A program made the translations under genes and the position numbers. Of a DNA stretch of 45,143 bases, positions 24,116-32,555 are shown piece after piece; the first letter of the stretch is position 1; each line of letters begins with the position of its first letter. The DNA comes from an uncultured Candidatus Saccharibacteria bacterium (GTDB taxonomy: Bacteria > Patescibacteriota > Minisyncoccia > Phycocordibacterales > Phycocordibacteraceae). The notes beneath the pieces were generated by a model. The model was not told the DNA's origin, did no database searches, and saw only the letters and a list, made by a program, of their open reading frames with translations. Location of the stretch: contig CAYGFQ010000001.1 of the NCBI GenBank assembly GCA_964349285.1, positions 1 to 45,143 of the forward strand, given 5' to 3'.

Positions 24116-24117
24116 TC

Positions 24118-24999
24118 CTACCGTTTCGAGTGAAACTTCTTATGCACCTCTCGCAAGTGCGAGTCGGTAACGTGCGTGTAAATCTGCGTTGTGTTGATGG
24201 ATGCATGTCCAAGAAGTGCCTGCACGCTTCTAATATCTGCTCCGTTGGAGAGAAGGTCAGTTGCAAATGAGTGACGTAATACGTGCGGTGTCACTTTTTT
24301 CGTGATGCCTGCTTTTGCAGCATACGTTTTGATAAGCAACTGCACTGCGCGTGGTGTGAGACGGCTTGGTTTCTTCCCTCCGTTTACAAAGAGTGCTTCT
24401 TCCATATCCTTGCGTCCTTTGAGATATGCTTTCACCGCATCCTTTGCAGCGGGGGAGAGGAAGACGACACGCACCTTGTCTCCTTTACCGCGCACGGAAA
24501 GTTCATCACGCGAAAGATCAATGTCTGAGTTAAGTGAGCAGAGTTCAGAAACACGAAGACCAGTCGAAAAAAGCATCTCGAGTATCGCGCGATCACGCAG
24601 CTGACGTTCGTCGGTTCCTTGAGCAGAGGAGAGAAGTCGATCAAGTTCATCTGAGGTAATGAGGTCGAGGGAGCGTTCCGGAAGTTTCGCAAGCTCAACC
24701 CGTTCAGGGGAGATAGAAGGAATCTCGCGTTTCCTGAGAAACTTCAAAAACGCACGTATGGCGATGAGATAGTAGTTTTGCGTGCGACGCTTCAAGGCTC
24801 CAGCCGTCCCGGGCTGGCGATTGAGCCACAAACGAAACTCCCGAATCTTCTCCTCAGTTATATCCTTCGTGTCTTTGATGCCGCCCCACGTGAAGAAACG
24901 GTCGAGATAGTGGTCATAATTCTCTATGGTCTTCACGGCACGGCCGCGCTCTATTTCTATGTACTCGAGGAACTGACGTTTGAGGACAAGGGCATCCAT
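24118..24999 (-). CDS. xerC: Tyrosine site-specific recombinase, XerC/XerD family
   Basis: N-terminal SAM-like core-binding domain FLEYIEIERGRAVKTIENYDHYLDRF. Catalytic region GLRVSEL...HVLRHSFATDLLSNGADIRSVQALLGHASINTTQIYTHV (R..HxxR..H..Y). Confidence 0.9.
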   Translation of the reverse strand: MDALVLKRQFLEYIEIERGRAVKTIENYDHYLDRFFTWGGIKDTKDITEEKIREFRLWLNRQPGTAGALKRRTQNYYLIAIRAFLKFLRKREIPSISPERVELAKLPERSLDLITSDELDRLLSSAQGTDERQLRDRAILEMLFSTGLRVSELCSLNSDIDLSRDELSVRGKGDKVRVVFLSPAAKDAVKAYLKGRKDMEEALFVNGGKKPSRLTPRAVQLLIKTYAAKAGITKKVTPHVLRHSFATDLLSNGADIRSVQALLGHASINTTQIYTHVTDSHLREVHKKFHSKR

Positions 25000-25087
25000 G
25001 TATCCCTAGTATACCGCTTCGCACAATATCCTTGCCCTGAGGCGCGTCTGTGCTTACTATGAGGAAGCTAGAAGGGAGGGTGTTCGC

Positions 25088-25297
25088 ATGCCGCGGAACA
25101 TCGAACTGAAAGCCCCGCCGGACACGGCGGCGATGGTCTTCCTCGTAGACCCCTTACGTGAAGGGATCTGGCCTCAGGGAGGATTCTCGAGTGTAATTGA
25201 GGCCGTGAGACGAGTGCTGGACGGCAATCGGGACCGTAACCTCGAAATCGAAGAATATTTCGTCGCGTACGGACCAAACGGCGAACATCTCGCCTAG
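25088..25297 (+). CDS. Hypothetical 69-aa protein (SD-led)
   Basis: GGGAGGG lies 7 nt upstream of ATG 25088. The competing antisense ORF 25068..25379 is Arg-rich and implausible. No family recognised. The N-terminus MPRNIELKA faintly recalls the CYTH ExExK start, but the protein is far too short. Confidence 0.4.
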   Translation: MPRNIELKAPPDTAAMVFLVDPLREGIWPQGGFSSVIEAVRRVLDGNRDRNLEIEEYFVAYGPNGEHLA

Positions 25298-25402
25298 ATT
25301 CCCGCCCGACCTCGCCTTCAGAGCCCGCTTGGAGCAGATACTCCCGGCGGGCTCGCTCTATGAGGGCCTCACCACACAATACTTGCGCTTTTTATCAAGG
25401 TG

Positions 25403-25411
25403 TGGTACTAT
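25403..25411 (+). promoter_or_regulatory. Extended -10 TGgTACTAT, 8 nt upstream of rpsO ATG
   Basis: GTGTGGTACTATCCACGGACATG. Confidence 0.45.
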
Positions 25412-25419
25412 CCACGGAC

Positions 25420-25686
25420 ATGCTAACCAAACGCGTAAAGACGGCCGTTGTTAAAGACTCGGCCCGCCACGACGCTGACACTGGCTCTCCGGATGTCCAG
25501 GTCGCTATTCTTACCCGTCAGATCGACGAGTTGACCAAGCATCTCAAGAAAAACGCCAAGGATTTCCACTCCCGCCGCGGACTTCTCCAGATGGTCGCTA
25601 ACCGTCGTTCGCACCTCCGCTACCTCGAGAAGAACGACAAGCGCCGCTACAACGCGGTTGTCAAAAAGCTCGGTCTCAAGAAGTAA
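25420..25686 (+). CDS. rpsO: 30S ribosomal protein S15
   Basis: 88 aa. DTGSPDVQVAILTRQIDELTKHLKKNAKDFHSRRGLLQMVANRRSHLRYL is the S15 signature. ATG 25420 is preferred over ORF start 25360. Confidence 0.9.
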   Translation: MLTKRVKTAVVKDSARHDADTGSPDVQVAILTRQIDELTKHLKKNAKDFHSRRGLLQMVANRRSHLRYLEKNDKRRYNAVVKKLGLKK

Positions 25687-25687
25687 G

Positions 25688-25719
25688 GAATCCGGGGAGA
25701 ACCCGGATTCGTGCGTTTT
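25688..25719 (+). terminator. Intrinsic terminator after rpsO
   Basis: Perfect 9-bp stem GAATCCGGG (25688-25696) / CCCGGATTC (25702-25710), loop GAGAA, with a T-run shortly downstream (GTGCGTTTT). Confidence 0.6.
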
Positions 25720-25783
25720 ACGGGTGGTAGCATGCAAGTGAGGCATTTTGCCTACTTTTAATAAGTTTTCACCAAGCATTTTT

Positions 25784-26302
25784 ATGCCAGTCATTAAACA
25801 CAAAGCTCAGCGTGTGGGCGTATTCATAGACACGCAGAACCTTTATCACAGTGCGAAACACCTGTATAAATCCCGCGTTAACTTCGCGAACGTCCTCGCT
25901 GAGGCGGTAGGGGAGCGTATTCTCGTCCGAGCCATTGCCTACGTCATTAAGACGGAAAGCGGTGAGGAATCGGGCTTTTTCGACGCACTTACTAAAATCG
26001 GCATCGAGACGAAGGTCAAAGACCTCCAGATCTTCGCCGATGGTGCTAAGAAAGCCGACTGGGATGTGGGTATCGCCATTGATGCGGTAAAACTCGCCTC
26101 CAAGCTCGACACCGTCATTATCGCTTCAGGCGACGGCGACTTCGTTCCCCTCATTGAGTACCTAGATATGAACGAAGGTTGCCAGGTCGAGGTCATCTCC
26201 TTCGGGAAATCCTCCTCAGCAAAGCTTAAGGAAGCTGCGCATGCCTTCACCGACATGTGTGAAGATCCACGCCGCTTCTTGATCGGGTACCGCGGGCGTT
26301 AA
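25784..26302 (+). CDS. NYN-domain (LabA/PIN-like) putative RNase
   Basis: RVGVFIDTQNLYHSAKHLY..., DVGIAIDAV and IIASGDGDFVPLIEYL are NYN/LabA motifs. ATG 25784 is preferred over TTG 25748. Confidence 0.8.
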   Translation: MPVIKHKAQRVGVFIDTQNLYHSAKHLYKSRVNFANVLAEAVGERILVRAIAYVIKTESGEESGFFDALTKIGIETKVKDLQIFADGAKKADWDVGIAIDAVKLASKLDTVIIASGDGDFVPLIEYLDMNEGCQVEVISFGKSSSAKLKEAAHAFTDMCEDPRRFLIGYRGR

Positions 26303-26326
26303 CCGCTCTCGGACGCCGCTTCGGGC

Positions 26327-27556
26327 GTGTACAATGGTTCTATCGTGAGCGACGCACCTACTACAGACACAGGGGCACCTCAAGGCGACGGTACGCATAT
26401 TCGTACGTTCGCGATGGATGTTGCTGCACTTACCGGAAAGCCGCTTCCTAAAAACGTACCGAATGTACCAGCGCCACAAAGTGCGCCTCCTAAGGTGGCG
26501 CCCGTTGTAGCAAAAGAACCGGTACAAGTAGTGCCTCCTCCCGCACCAGCACCTTCACGAGATGAGATTCTTGCGCGGCTTCGTGAGAAAGCTCTTGCAA
26601 CACCTTCAGTTCCAGAACGTGCGCCCTCTGGTATTCCGGCAGTCTTGAAGCCAATTCCTCCCGCACGTCCAACACCGCTTCACACCTACACTTCAGACTT
26701 CGCTGAGCATGCAAAGCAACAGGGTGCGACACCGCTTTCGGTTCTTGCTGCAGAGCAAGATGCTGCACGTATGGGTGCTCCTGAGGCGCTCACCGTTAAA
26801 AAGAAGTCAGCGTGGCTTCCTATTGTTGCGGGGGCACTTCTTATACTTGCGGGTGCTGCGAGCGTGTATTTCGCATACTACTTCATTACACACCGACCCG
26901 GAGTCCCGATTGAAACCTTCGTTCCTTCGCTTATATTCGCAGACGACCATGTACGCATCGAGGGCGTGGGAAGTGAACTCCAGGAACGTCTTGCCGACCT
27001 CTCTGCACTCGAGCTTCGCGAGGGTGGTGTTGCGATTGCCTACCTCACCTACGCTTCAACCACACCAGAAGGAAGAACACTGGAGGAGCCTGCCGCAGGT
27101 GGTGCGCTCGTGCGGGCCCTTGGACTTACTGCTCCAGATATTCTCCTTCGCAACACCGAGCCTGCAAGTACGGTCGGGGTTGTTAAGGCTTCTGGCGAGA
27201 CGCGGCCCTTCCTCATCCTGCGCGTTGCTTCCTTTGAGCGAACCTTTGCTGGCATGCTCGTCTGGGAGAAGACGATGGCAGATGATCTTCGGGTCTTCTA
27301 CCCACCCTACGAGGCACTCGCTCCGGTCCAGGTTGCAACGACAACGGCAGCAACAACCACGCCTCCGGCTCCTGCGCCACTTCTTGAATTCACGGACTAC
27401 ACGATTGCAAACCATGACGTACGCACGTTAAAAGATGCCTCGGGGAGAACTATCCTGCTTTATGGGTATCGCGATAAGGAAACACTCATCATCGCTCGAA
27501 ACGAGGCGGCCTTTGAGGAGCTCGTCTCTCGTCTCTCGGCAACGCGTGCGCAATAG
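26327..27556 (+). CDS. Hypothetical single-pass membrane protein with a Pro-rich N-terminal region (start uncertain)
   Basis: TM WLPIVAGALLILAGAASVYFAYYFI sits mid-protein, with a Pro/Ala-rich cytoplasmic part and a ~220-aa extracytoplasmic domain. ORF start 26327 is a GTG overlapping a TACAAT hexamer. Confidence 0.65.
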   Translation: MYNGSIVSDAPTTDTGAPQGDGTHIRTFAMDVAALTGKPLPKNVPNVPAPQSAPPKVAPVVAKEPVQVVPPPAPAPSRDEILARLREKALATPSVPERAPSGIPAVLKPIPPARPTPLHTYTSDFAEHAKQQGATPLSVLAAEQDAARMGAPEALTVKKKSAWLPIVAGALLILAGAASVYFAYYFITHRPGVPIETFVPSLIFADDHVRIEGVGSELQERLADLSALELREGGVAIAYLTYASTTPEGRTLEEPAAGGALVRALGLTAPDILLRNTEPASTVGVVKASGETRPFLILRVASFERTFAGMLVWEKTMADDLRVFYPPYEALAPVQVATTTAATTTPPAPAPLLEFTDYTIANHDVRTLKDASGRTILLYGYRDKETLIIARNEAAFEELVSRLSATRAQ

Positions 27557-27565
27557 GCATGAGGG

Positions 27566-27574
27566 TGCTAGAGT
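27566..27574 (+). promoter_or_regulatory. Extended -10 TGcTAGAGT, 9 nt upstream of ATG 27584
   Basis: GGGTGCTAGAGTTTTCCTATCATG. Confidence 0.45.
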
Positions 27575-27583
27575 TTTCCTATC

Positions 27584-27937
27584 ATGATTGATACCACCGC
27601 ATACAAAGCACGACTTGAGGAAGAGAAAACGAAGCTTGAAGCAGAACTCGGCACTGTTGGACGTAAGAATCCATCAAATCCTGCAGACTGGGAAGCTGTT
27701 CCACCAGAATCCGGACAGGAGTCTGATCCAAATGATGCTGCTGATCTTATCGAGGGCTTTGAAGCAAACACGGCAATCTTAAAAGATCTCGAGATTCGCT
27801 ACAACGATGTCGTTGCTGCGCTCGAGCGCATCGAGAAGGGGACGTACGGTGTCTGCGAAGTCTCGGGTGAAGAGATTGAAGCGGATCGCCTTACTGCAGA
27901 CCCTGCTGCACGCACCTGCAAGGCGCACCTTAGCTAA
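27584..27937 (+). CDS. DksA/TraR-family C4-type zinc-finger protein
   Basis: Coiled-coil N-terminus, then ALERIEKGTYGVCEVSGEEIEADRLTADPAARTC (CxxG...C zinc ribbon of the DksA/TraR/YteA type). Confidence 0.8.
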   Translation: MIDTTAYKARLEEEKTKLEAELGTVGRKNPSNPADWEAVPPESGQESDPNDAADLIEGFEANTAILKDLEIRYNDVVAALERIEKGTYGVCEVSGEEIEADRLTADPAARTCKAHLS

Positions 27938-27946
27938 TTACTTTCT

Positions 27947-28573
27947 ATGCCTACTACACTCTCTGTTAGCGACTGCATCTCATTTGGTTGGAAAACCTTC
28001 AAGTCTCGTCCGTGGTTCTTCGTTGGGACCATTGTCATCTACGCAATCGTACAGACGGTTCTCTCCGGAATTCAGGACGCACTTGATCTCGCCGGTATCC
28101 TTATCTCCGCTATTGCCGGGATGCTCTTCTATATGGGCTTCCTTACGCTCTACCTGAAGGCACACGATAACGCTGCAGCCGCAAAGTTCTCTGACTTCTG
28201 GAATCCCGCTCCGTTCTGGAACTACCTCGGTGTTTCGATTCTTTTGTTCCTTATCGTTTTTGTCGGTCTCATTCTCCTCGTGGTGCCGGGTATCATCTTC
28301 GCCCTCATGTTCTCGTTCGCTGGTTTCTTGGTGGTTGAGAAGGGTATGAACCCTATCAAGGCTCTCAAAGAAAGCGCCCGACTTACCAAAGGGAACCGCT
28401 GGAAACTCTTCCTCCTTGGTCTTGCACTCTTGGGACTCACGATTATCGGTATGATTCCGCTCTTCTTGGGACTCCTCGTTGTCGGGCCTATCGCGATGTT
28501 CGCAAGTATTCACGCCTACCGCGTTCTTTCAGGAACACAGGAGATGCCAGCCGTTTCTCCTACGCAGTCGTAG
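27947..28573 (+). CDS. Integral membrane protein (DUF975-like topology, 4-5 TM)
   Basis: FGWKTFKSRPWFFVGTIVIYAIV..., repeated hydrophobic helices, and a KGNRWKLFLLGL segment. The family call is tentative. Confidence 0.6.
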   Translation: MPTTLSVSDCISFGWKTFKSRPWFFVGTIVIYAIVQTVLSGIQDALDLAGILISAIAGMLFYMGFLTLYLKAHDNAAAAKFSDFWNPAPFWNYLGVSILLFLIVFVGLILLVVPGIIFALMFSFAGFLVVEKGMNPIKALKESARLTKGNRWKLFLLGLALLGLTIIGMIPLFLGLLVVGPIAMFASIHAYRVLSGTQEMPAVSPTQS

Positions 28574-28596
28574 TAGTTACGTCACCGGTGCGATAC

Positions 28597-28629
28597 AGTC
28601 CGGGTCGGCCGCAGGAGCCGAACCGGACT
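28597..28629. terminator. Bidirectional GC-rich hairpin between convergent genes
   Basis: 13-bp stem AGTCCGGGTCGGC / GCCGAACCGGACT (1 mismatch), loop CGCAGGA. Confidence 0.65.
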
Positions 28630-28666
28630 TGTAGTATCTATGACGCACGATGATGCGTAGCTGAAA

Positions 28667-29749
28667 TTAACGAGCGAACGGATTCTTCGCACCGCGTACT
28701 TCAAAGTGGAGGTGGAAGCCGGTTGAACGTCCGGTGTTACCGACGTACCCAATGACTTCGCCTGCTTCAACAGCGCCACCAGCAACCGCAAGGGAAGAAA
28801 GGTGCGCGTAGAGCGTCTGCGTACCGTTTGGATGTGAAATAACGATGTAGTTTCCATAGCCACCGTTATAACCGCCGCCGCCGCGAGCAACGATTACCGT
28901 GCCGGCAGCAGATGCATAGACTGGAGTCCCAGAGGGTGCGCCGATGTCGATGCCGTTATACCCGTGGATGCCCTGCGTGAGGCGACCACCCGGAAGCGGA
29001 TTGCTGTAGTAACCGGATATGGAGGGGAGCGCAGAAGCACTGGATGAAATCTTTGCGACTGAGCCTGACGAAGACTTCTTCGTTGTTACTGGTGCCAAGT
29101 TACCGCCCGGAACGATGAGCTTCGTACCGGCAGCGAGTGTTGCCGAAGGATCAATACCATTGAAAACGGCAATTTCTTCTATATCTGCATCAAAAAGTTT
29201 TGCGACGTCTGAGAGCGTGCCGCCGCGCTTTATCGTGTACTGCACCCCTGAAACAGGAAGAATGAGGAGCTCGTCACCTTCGTGGATATCACTTGCGCCC
29301 TTTAGGTTGTTTGCCCAGAGAATGGTATTCGTTGAGACACCAAACATGCTCGCAATATCTGAAAGGGAGTCGCCAGCGCGAACGACATAGAGGGAAATCT
29401 CTCCTGAAGAGGATGAGTTCTCCTTATATACAACTGCTGTTCCTTCGGGGCCAGCTGAGGGGACAAGCGCAGACCCTTCTGAAAGGGCAATCTCAGAACT
29501 GCCTTTCGTTGGATTAGGATCGGGGTTCAGAGCTGCCTGGAGAAGGGGGAGGGAGGCATCGTGGAGCGTGACCGACTGCTCCTCGGCCTGCGTCGGTGTG
29601 AAAAAGGACCAAAAGCCGCTTGCGTAGAGCGGGAAGGCTCCCATAAGAAGGGACGCGCCGAGAACCGCGGAAGTCGCTAGAGGTGAGGCCCAATATGCAT
29701 CCCGGTCTTCAGATCTGCGGCCCGGACCGGAAGGATGTTGTGAATACAA
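28667..29749 (-). CDS. LysM-domain M23-family peptidoglycan endopeptidase
   Basis: N-terminal TM, two LysM repeats (YVVRAGDSLSDIASMFGVSTNTILWANNL; YTIKRGGTLSDVAKLFDADIEEIAVFNGI) and the M23 core GIDIGAPSGTPVYASAAGTV...ISHPNGTQTLYAHLS...GNTGRSTGFHLHFEV. The only in-frame start upstream of the TM is TTG 29749. Confidence 0.85.
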   Translation of the reverse strand: MYSQHPSGPGRRSEDRDAYWASPLATSAVLGASLLMGAFPLYASGFWSFFTPTQAEEQSVTLHDASLPLLQAALNPDPNPTKGSSEIALSEGSALVPSAGPEGTAVVYKENSSSSGEISLYVVRAGDSLSDIASMFGVSTNTILWANNLKGASDIHEGDELLILPVSGVQYTIKRGGTLSDVAKLFDADIEEIAVFNGIDPSATLAAGTKLIVPGGNLAPVTTKKSSSGSVAKISSSASALPSISGYYSNPLPGGRLTQGIHGYNGIDIGAPSGTPVYASAAGTVIVARGGGGYNGGYGNYIVISHPNGTQTLYAHLSSLAVAGGAVEAGEVIGYVGNTGRSTGFHLHFEVRGAKNPFAR

Positions 29750-29846
29750 TATAAGGGTGTGAATGGACGTTTCGATCGTGCTTCCGAATACAAAAATGGC
29801 TTACATAAGCCACTTCTTGAGTACTACCGTTTCTTCCGACCCCCGG

Positions 29847-29874
29847 ATTATACCCTCCTCAGAAGGGGGGTCAA
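29847..29874 (-). promoter_or_regulatory. Sigma70-type promoter for the LysM/M23 gene
   Basis: The minus strand reads TTGACC (29874-29869), 16-nt spacer, TATAAT (29852-29847). This implies a leader of about 90 nt. Confidence 0.55.
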
Positions 29875-29966
29875 TGAGTCTAAAATGAAGGAGTGGATAG
29901 CGGATTTCATCGTTATTTTAGCCATACTTTAGGCGGTTTTGAGACCCTCGCGGTATAGTTCCCGAA

Positions 29967-31898
29967 GTGAACTACCTCGACGGACTAAACGATAAGCAAC
30001 GTGAGGCCGTCCTTACGATAGATGGCCCGGTCTCGGTCCTTGCGGGAGCCGGTTCTGGGAAGACCCGGGTCCTCACAACCCGCATCTACCACCTCATCCG
30101 CCAGGGGGTCCCGCCAGAGAAGATTCTCGCAGTTACCTTCACGAATAAGGCGGCACGGGAGATGCGCGAGCGGCTCTCAGCACGGCTTGGGGAGACGGTC
30201 GCCGTCTGGAAGAAGGACTCAACTCCCTTTGTCGCGACTTTCCATGGACTTGGACGGGAGCTCCTTGAAAGCTATGGCTCAGCGATAGGTATCCCACGCC
30301 ACTTCACCATCTTTGATCGGGAGGATTCCGAGCGTGCCATCAAGAGTGCACTAAAGGCAATGGATATGGACCCCAAAGAAGTGCCGCCTCGTATGATTCT
30401 CGCGAGAATTAGCAGTGCGAAGTCTGAGGGATTGAACGTTGACGATTTCTCTGCGCGTCATGGAAGCGAAAGTTTTCGTTCAAGAATTGCCGCAGACGTG
30501 TGGCATCGCTATGACGAGACACTTCGTGCAGAAAAAGCACTCGACTTCGATGACCTTATTACGCTGCCAGTAAAATTGCTGCGCGAACATGCAGACGTAC
30601 GAGCACTCGTACAAGAACGCTTTCGCTACGTGCACATCGACGAGTATCAAGATACGAATGACTTACAAGGACAGCTCGCTAACCTCCTTGCTGCAACACA
30701 CCGCAATCTCTTCGTCGTCGGTGATATCGATCAGACCATTTACACATGGCGTGGAGCAACGATTGAGAACTTACTTGAATTCGATCGCACCTACACGGAT
30801 GCAAAGACCATTGTGCTTGAGCACAACTACCGCTCGACAAAAAATATCGTTGAAGCCTCAAACCAAATCATTGAGAAAAACCGGAATCGGAAAGAGAAGC
30901 GTTCAGTAACTGACAACGCTCCGGGAGAAACAATCAAAGTACATGCAGCAGCATCTGCGGATGCTGAGGCATACTTCATCGCACGAGAAGCGCGGCGTCT
31001 CATGCGTCGTGGTGTTCCCCTTGAAGAAATGGCAGTTCTCTATCGCACCAACTTTCAATCACGCGCACTTGAAGAAGCATTCTTGCGCGAGGGCGTTCCT
31101 TACCGACTCATCGGCACCCAGTTCCTCGATCGCAAGGAAGTGAAGGACGTACTCTCCTGGGTGCGTCTCGCTCTTGATCCAACGCGAGAAGCAGACAAGA
31201 TACGCGCTGTGCAATCACCCTCACGTGGTATTGGGAAAGTAACCTTGGGAAAACTAACAGCCGGGATGCGCGATGCGCTCAAACCTTCTGAGCTTGCAAA
31301 AGTAGAGGCGTTTGAGGAAATCATCAACGACCTGCATGTAGCCGCGCAAACACTTACTCCTTCAGCATTTGTTCGAGAGGTTATCGAGCGAAGCGGTATG
31401 AAAGATGCACTTCTCAAGGGTGGGGAAGATGACCAGGAACGCCTTGAAAACGCGATGGAACTTGCGACCCTCGCATCTCGTCATGATGAGACGCCGGGAC
31501 TCGATGGTGTTGCTGCATTCCTTGCAGACGCAGCACTTGCAGGAGATCAAGATGAACTTGATCGCCCCACAAAAGGGAAGGACAAGCGTGGTGTCTCTCT
31601 CATGACAGTACATGCTGCAAAGGGACTTGAGTTCGATAGTGTGTTCGTCACCGGACTTGAAGAAGGGTTGTTCCCGCATGAGGGCATGGATGAGGAGGAG
31701 CGTGATCAAGAAGAAGAGCGTCGTCTTTTTTATGTTGCAATGACGCGAGCACGGAAGGAGCTCTATCTCACGCTTGCACGCATACGTCGTATCTATGGTA
31801 CCGACTATCTTCAGGAGCCATCCACGTTCTTGAACGATATCGATGCTTCTTTAGTTGAATACGCAAACGTTGCCGAGGAGGATATTATTGAGGCATGA
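29967..31898 (+). CDS. pcrA: ATP-dependent DNA helicase, UvrD/PcrA/Rep family
   Basis: LNDKQREAVL, Walker A AGAGSGKTRVLT, FTNKAAREM, HIDEYQDTN, VGDIDQTIY, NYRST, VHAAKGLEFDSVFV and YVAMTRARKELYL are helicase motifs I-VI. GTG start. Confidence 0.9.
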   Translation: MNYLDGLNDKQREAVLTIDGPVSVLAGAGSGKTRVLTTRIYHLIRQGVPPEKILAVTFTNKAAREMRERLSARLGETVAVWKKDSTPFVATFHGLGRELLESYGSAIGIPRHFTIFDREDSERAIKSALKAMDMDPKEVPPRMILARISSAKSEGLNVDDFSARHGSESFRSRIAADVWHRYDETLRAEKALDFDDLITLPVKLLREHADVRALVQERFRYVHIDEYQDTNDLQGQLANLLAATHRNLFVVGDIDQTIYTWRGATIENLLEFDRTYTDAKTIVLEHNYRSTKNIVEASNQIIEKNRNRKEKRSVTDNAPGETIKVHAAASADAEAYFIAREARRLMRRGVPLEEMAVLYRTNFQSRALEEAFLREGVPYRLIGTQFLDRKEVKDVLSWVRLALDPTREADKIRAVQSPSRGIGKVTLGKLTAGMRDALKPSELAKVEAFEEIINDLHVAAQTLTPSAFVREVIERSGMKDALLKGGEDDQERLENAMELATLASRHDETPGLDGVAAFLADAALAGDQDELDRPTKGKDKRGVSLMTVHAAKGLEFDSVFVTGLEEGLFPHEGMDEEERDQEEERRLFYVAMTRARKELYLTLARIRRIYGTDYLQEPSTFLNDIDASLVEYANVAEEDIIEA

Positions 31899-32533
31899 GT
31901 GCCGCCCTTCGCACTACCGCAGGCGCTATCCTCTCGGTTATTGCGCTTGCAATCATTGCTTCCGTTCCCGTTTCATTCGGCCTCGACCGTTCCACCACAC
32001 TTGGTGCCGGGGTTCTCACCCTCTTCGCCGTTCTTTGTTTCGGCATCGTGCCGTTACTACTCGTAAAGTATGTTCTTCGCGAAGAGATACGTGCCTTTGG
32101 ATGGCGTCTCCCCACAAATACTCGCGATGTTCTCCTCTTTGGTATTCCTGCCGGACTCGTACTAATAGGAGGTGCGCTGTTTCTTTCCACACAGCCGGCG
32201 TTCAAAGCGTTCTATTCGTTTGGCAGTATCGACACCGCATCTGCCTTTCTGTTTCTTCTTCCTGCCTACCTGCTCTACTTCACCGCAGAGGAGTTTTTAT
32301 TCCGCGGCTATCTCTGGCATCTCCTTCGAAGGAAGGGGCTCTTTCTTGCACTTGCGGTAAACGTGGCACTCTTTGCGCTGTTCCACGCACAAAAACCAGC
32401 TGTCGAGGTCCTTGTTGCAGCCGTTGTGGCAGTGGTTTTTTGTCTCCTGACGGAGCGCACGAGGTCGATACTCCCAGCAGTAGTGCTACATATTGTGTTC
32501 GCACTCTCACTCATGCTTTTCGTGAACCTATAG
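31895..32533 (+). CDS. CPBP-family intramembrane glutamic endopeptidase (CAAX protease-like)
   Basis: Motifs TAEEFLFRGYL, ALFALFHA and AVVLHIVFAL in a 6-TM protein. There is a 4-nt ATGA overlap with pcrA. Confidence 0.8.
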   Translation: MSAALRTTAGAILSVIALAIIASVPVSFGLDRSTTLGAGVLTLFAVLCFGIVPLLLVKYVLREEIRAFGWRLPTNTRDVLLFGIPAGLVLIGGALFLSTQPAFKAFYSFGSIDTASAFLFLLPAYLLYFTAEEFLFRGYLWHLLRRKGLFLALAVNVALFALFHAQKPAVEVLVAAVVAVVFCLLTERTRSILPAVVLHIVFALSLMLFVNL

Positions 32534-32540
32534 GAGTGCG

Positions 32541-32549
32541 TGCTAGGAT
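32541..32549 (+). promoter_or_regulatory. Extended -10 TGcTAGGAT, 6 nt upstream of rsmA GTG
   Basis: GCGTGCTAGGATGCACGCGTG. Confidence 0.45.
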
Positions 32550-32555
32550 GCACGC

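Noticed and set aside
24118-25380. An integron-like arrangement: a tyrosine recombinase divergent from a promoterless SD-led cassette followed by an attC-like hairpin.
   Set aside because: The recombinase is 293 aa with ordinary XerC/D architecture and no IntI-specific insertion. There is only one cassette. The hairpin is a simple 8-bp stem without the R''/L''...L'/R' attC layout.
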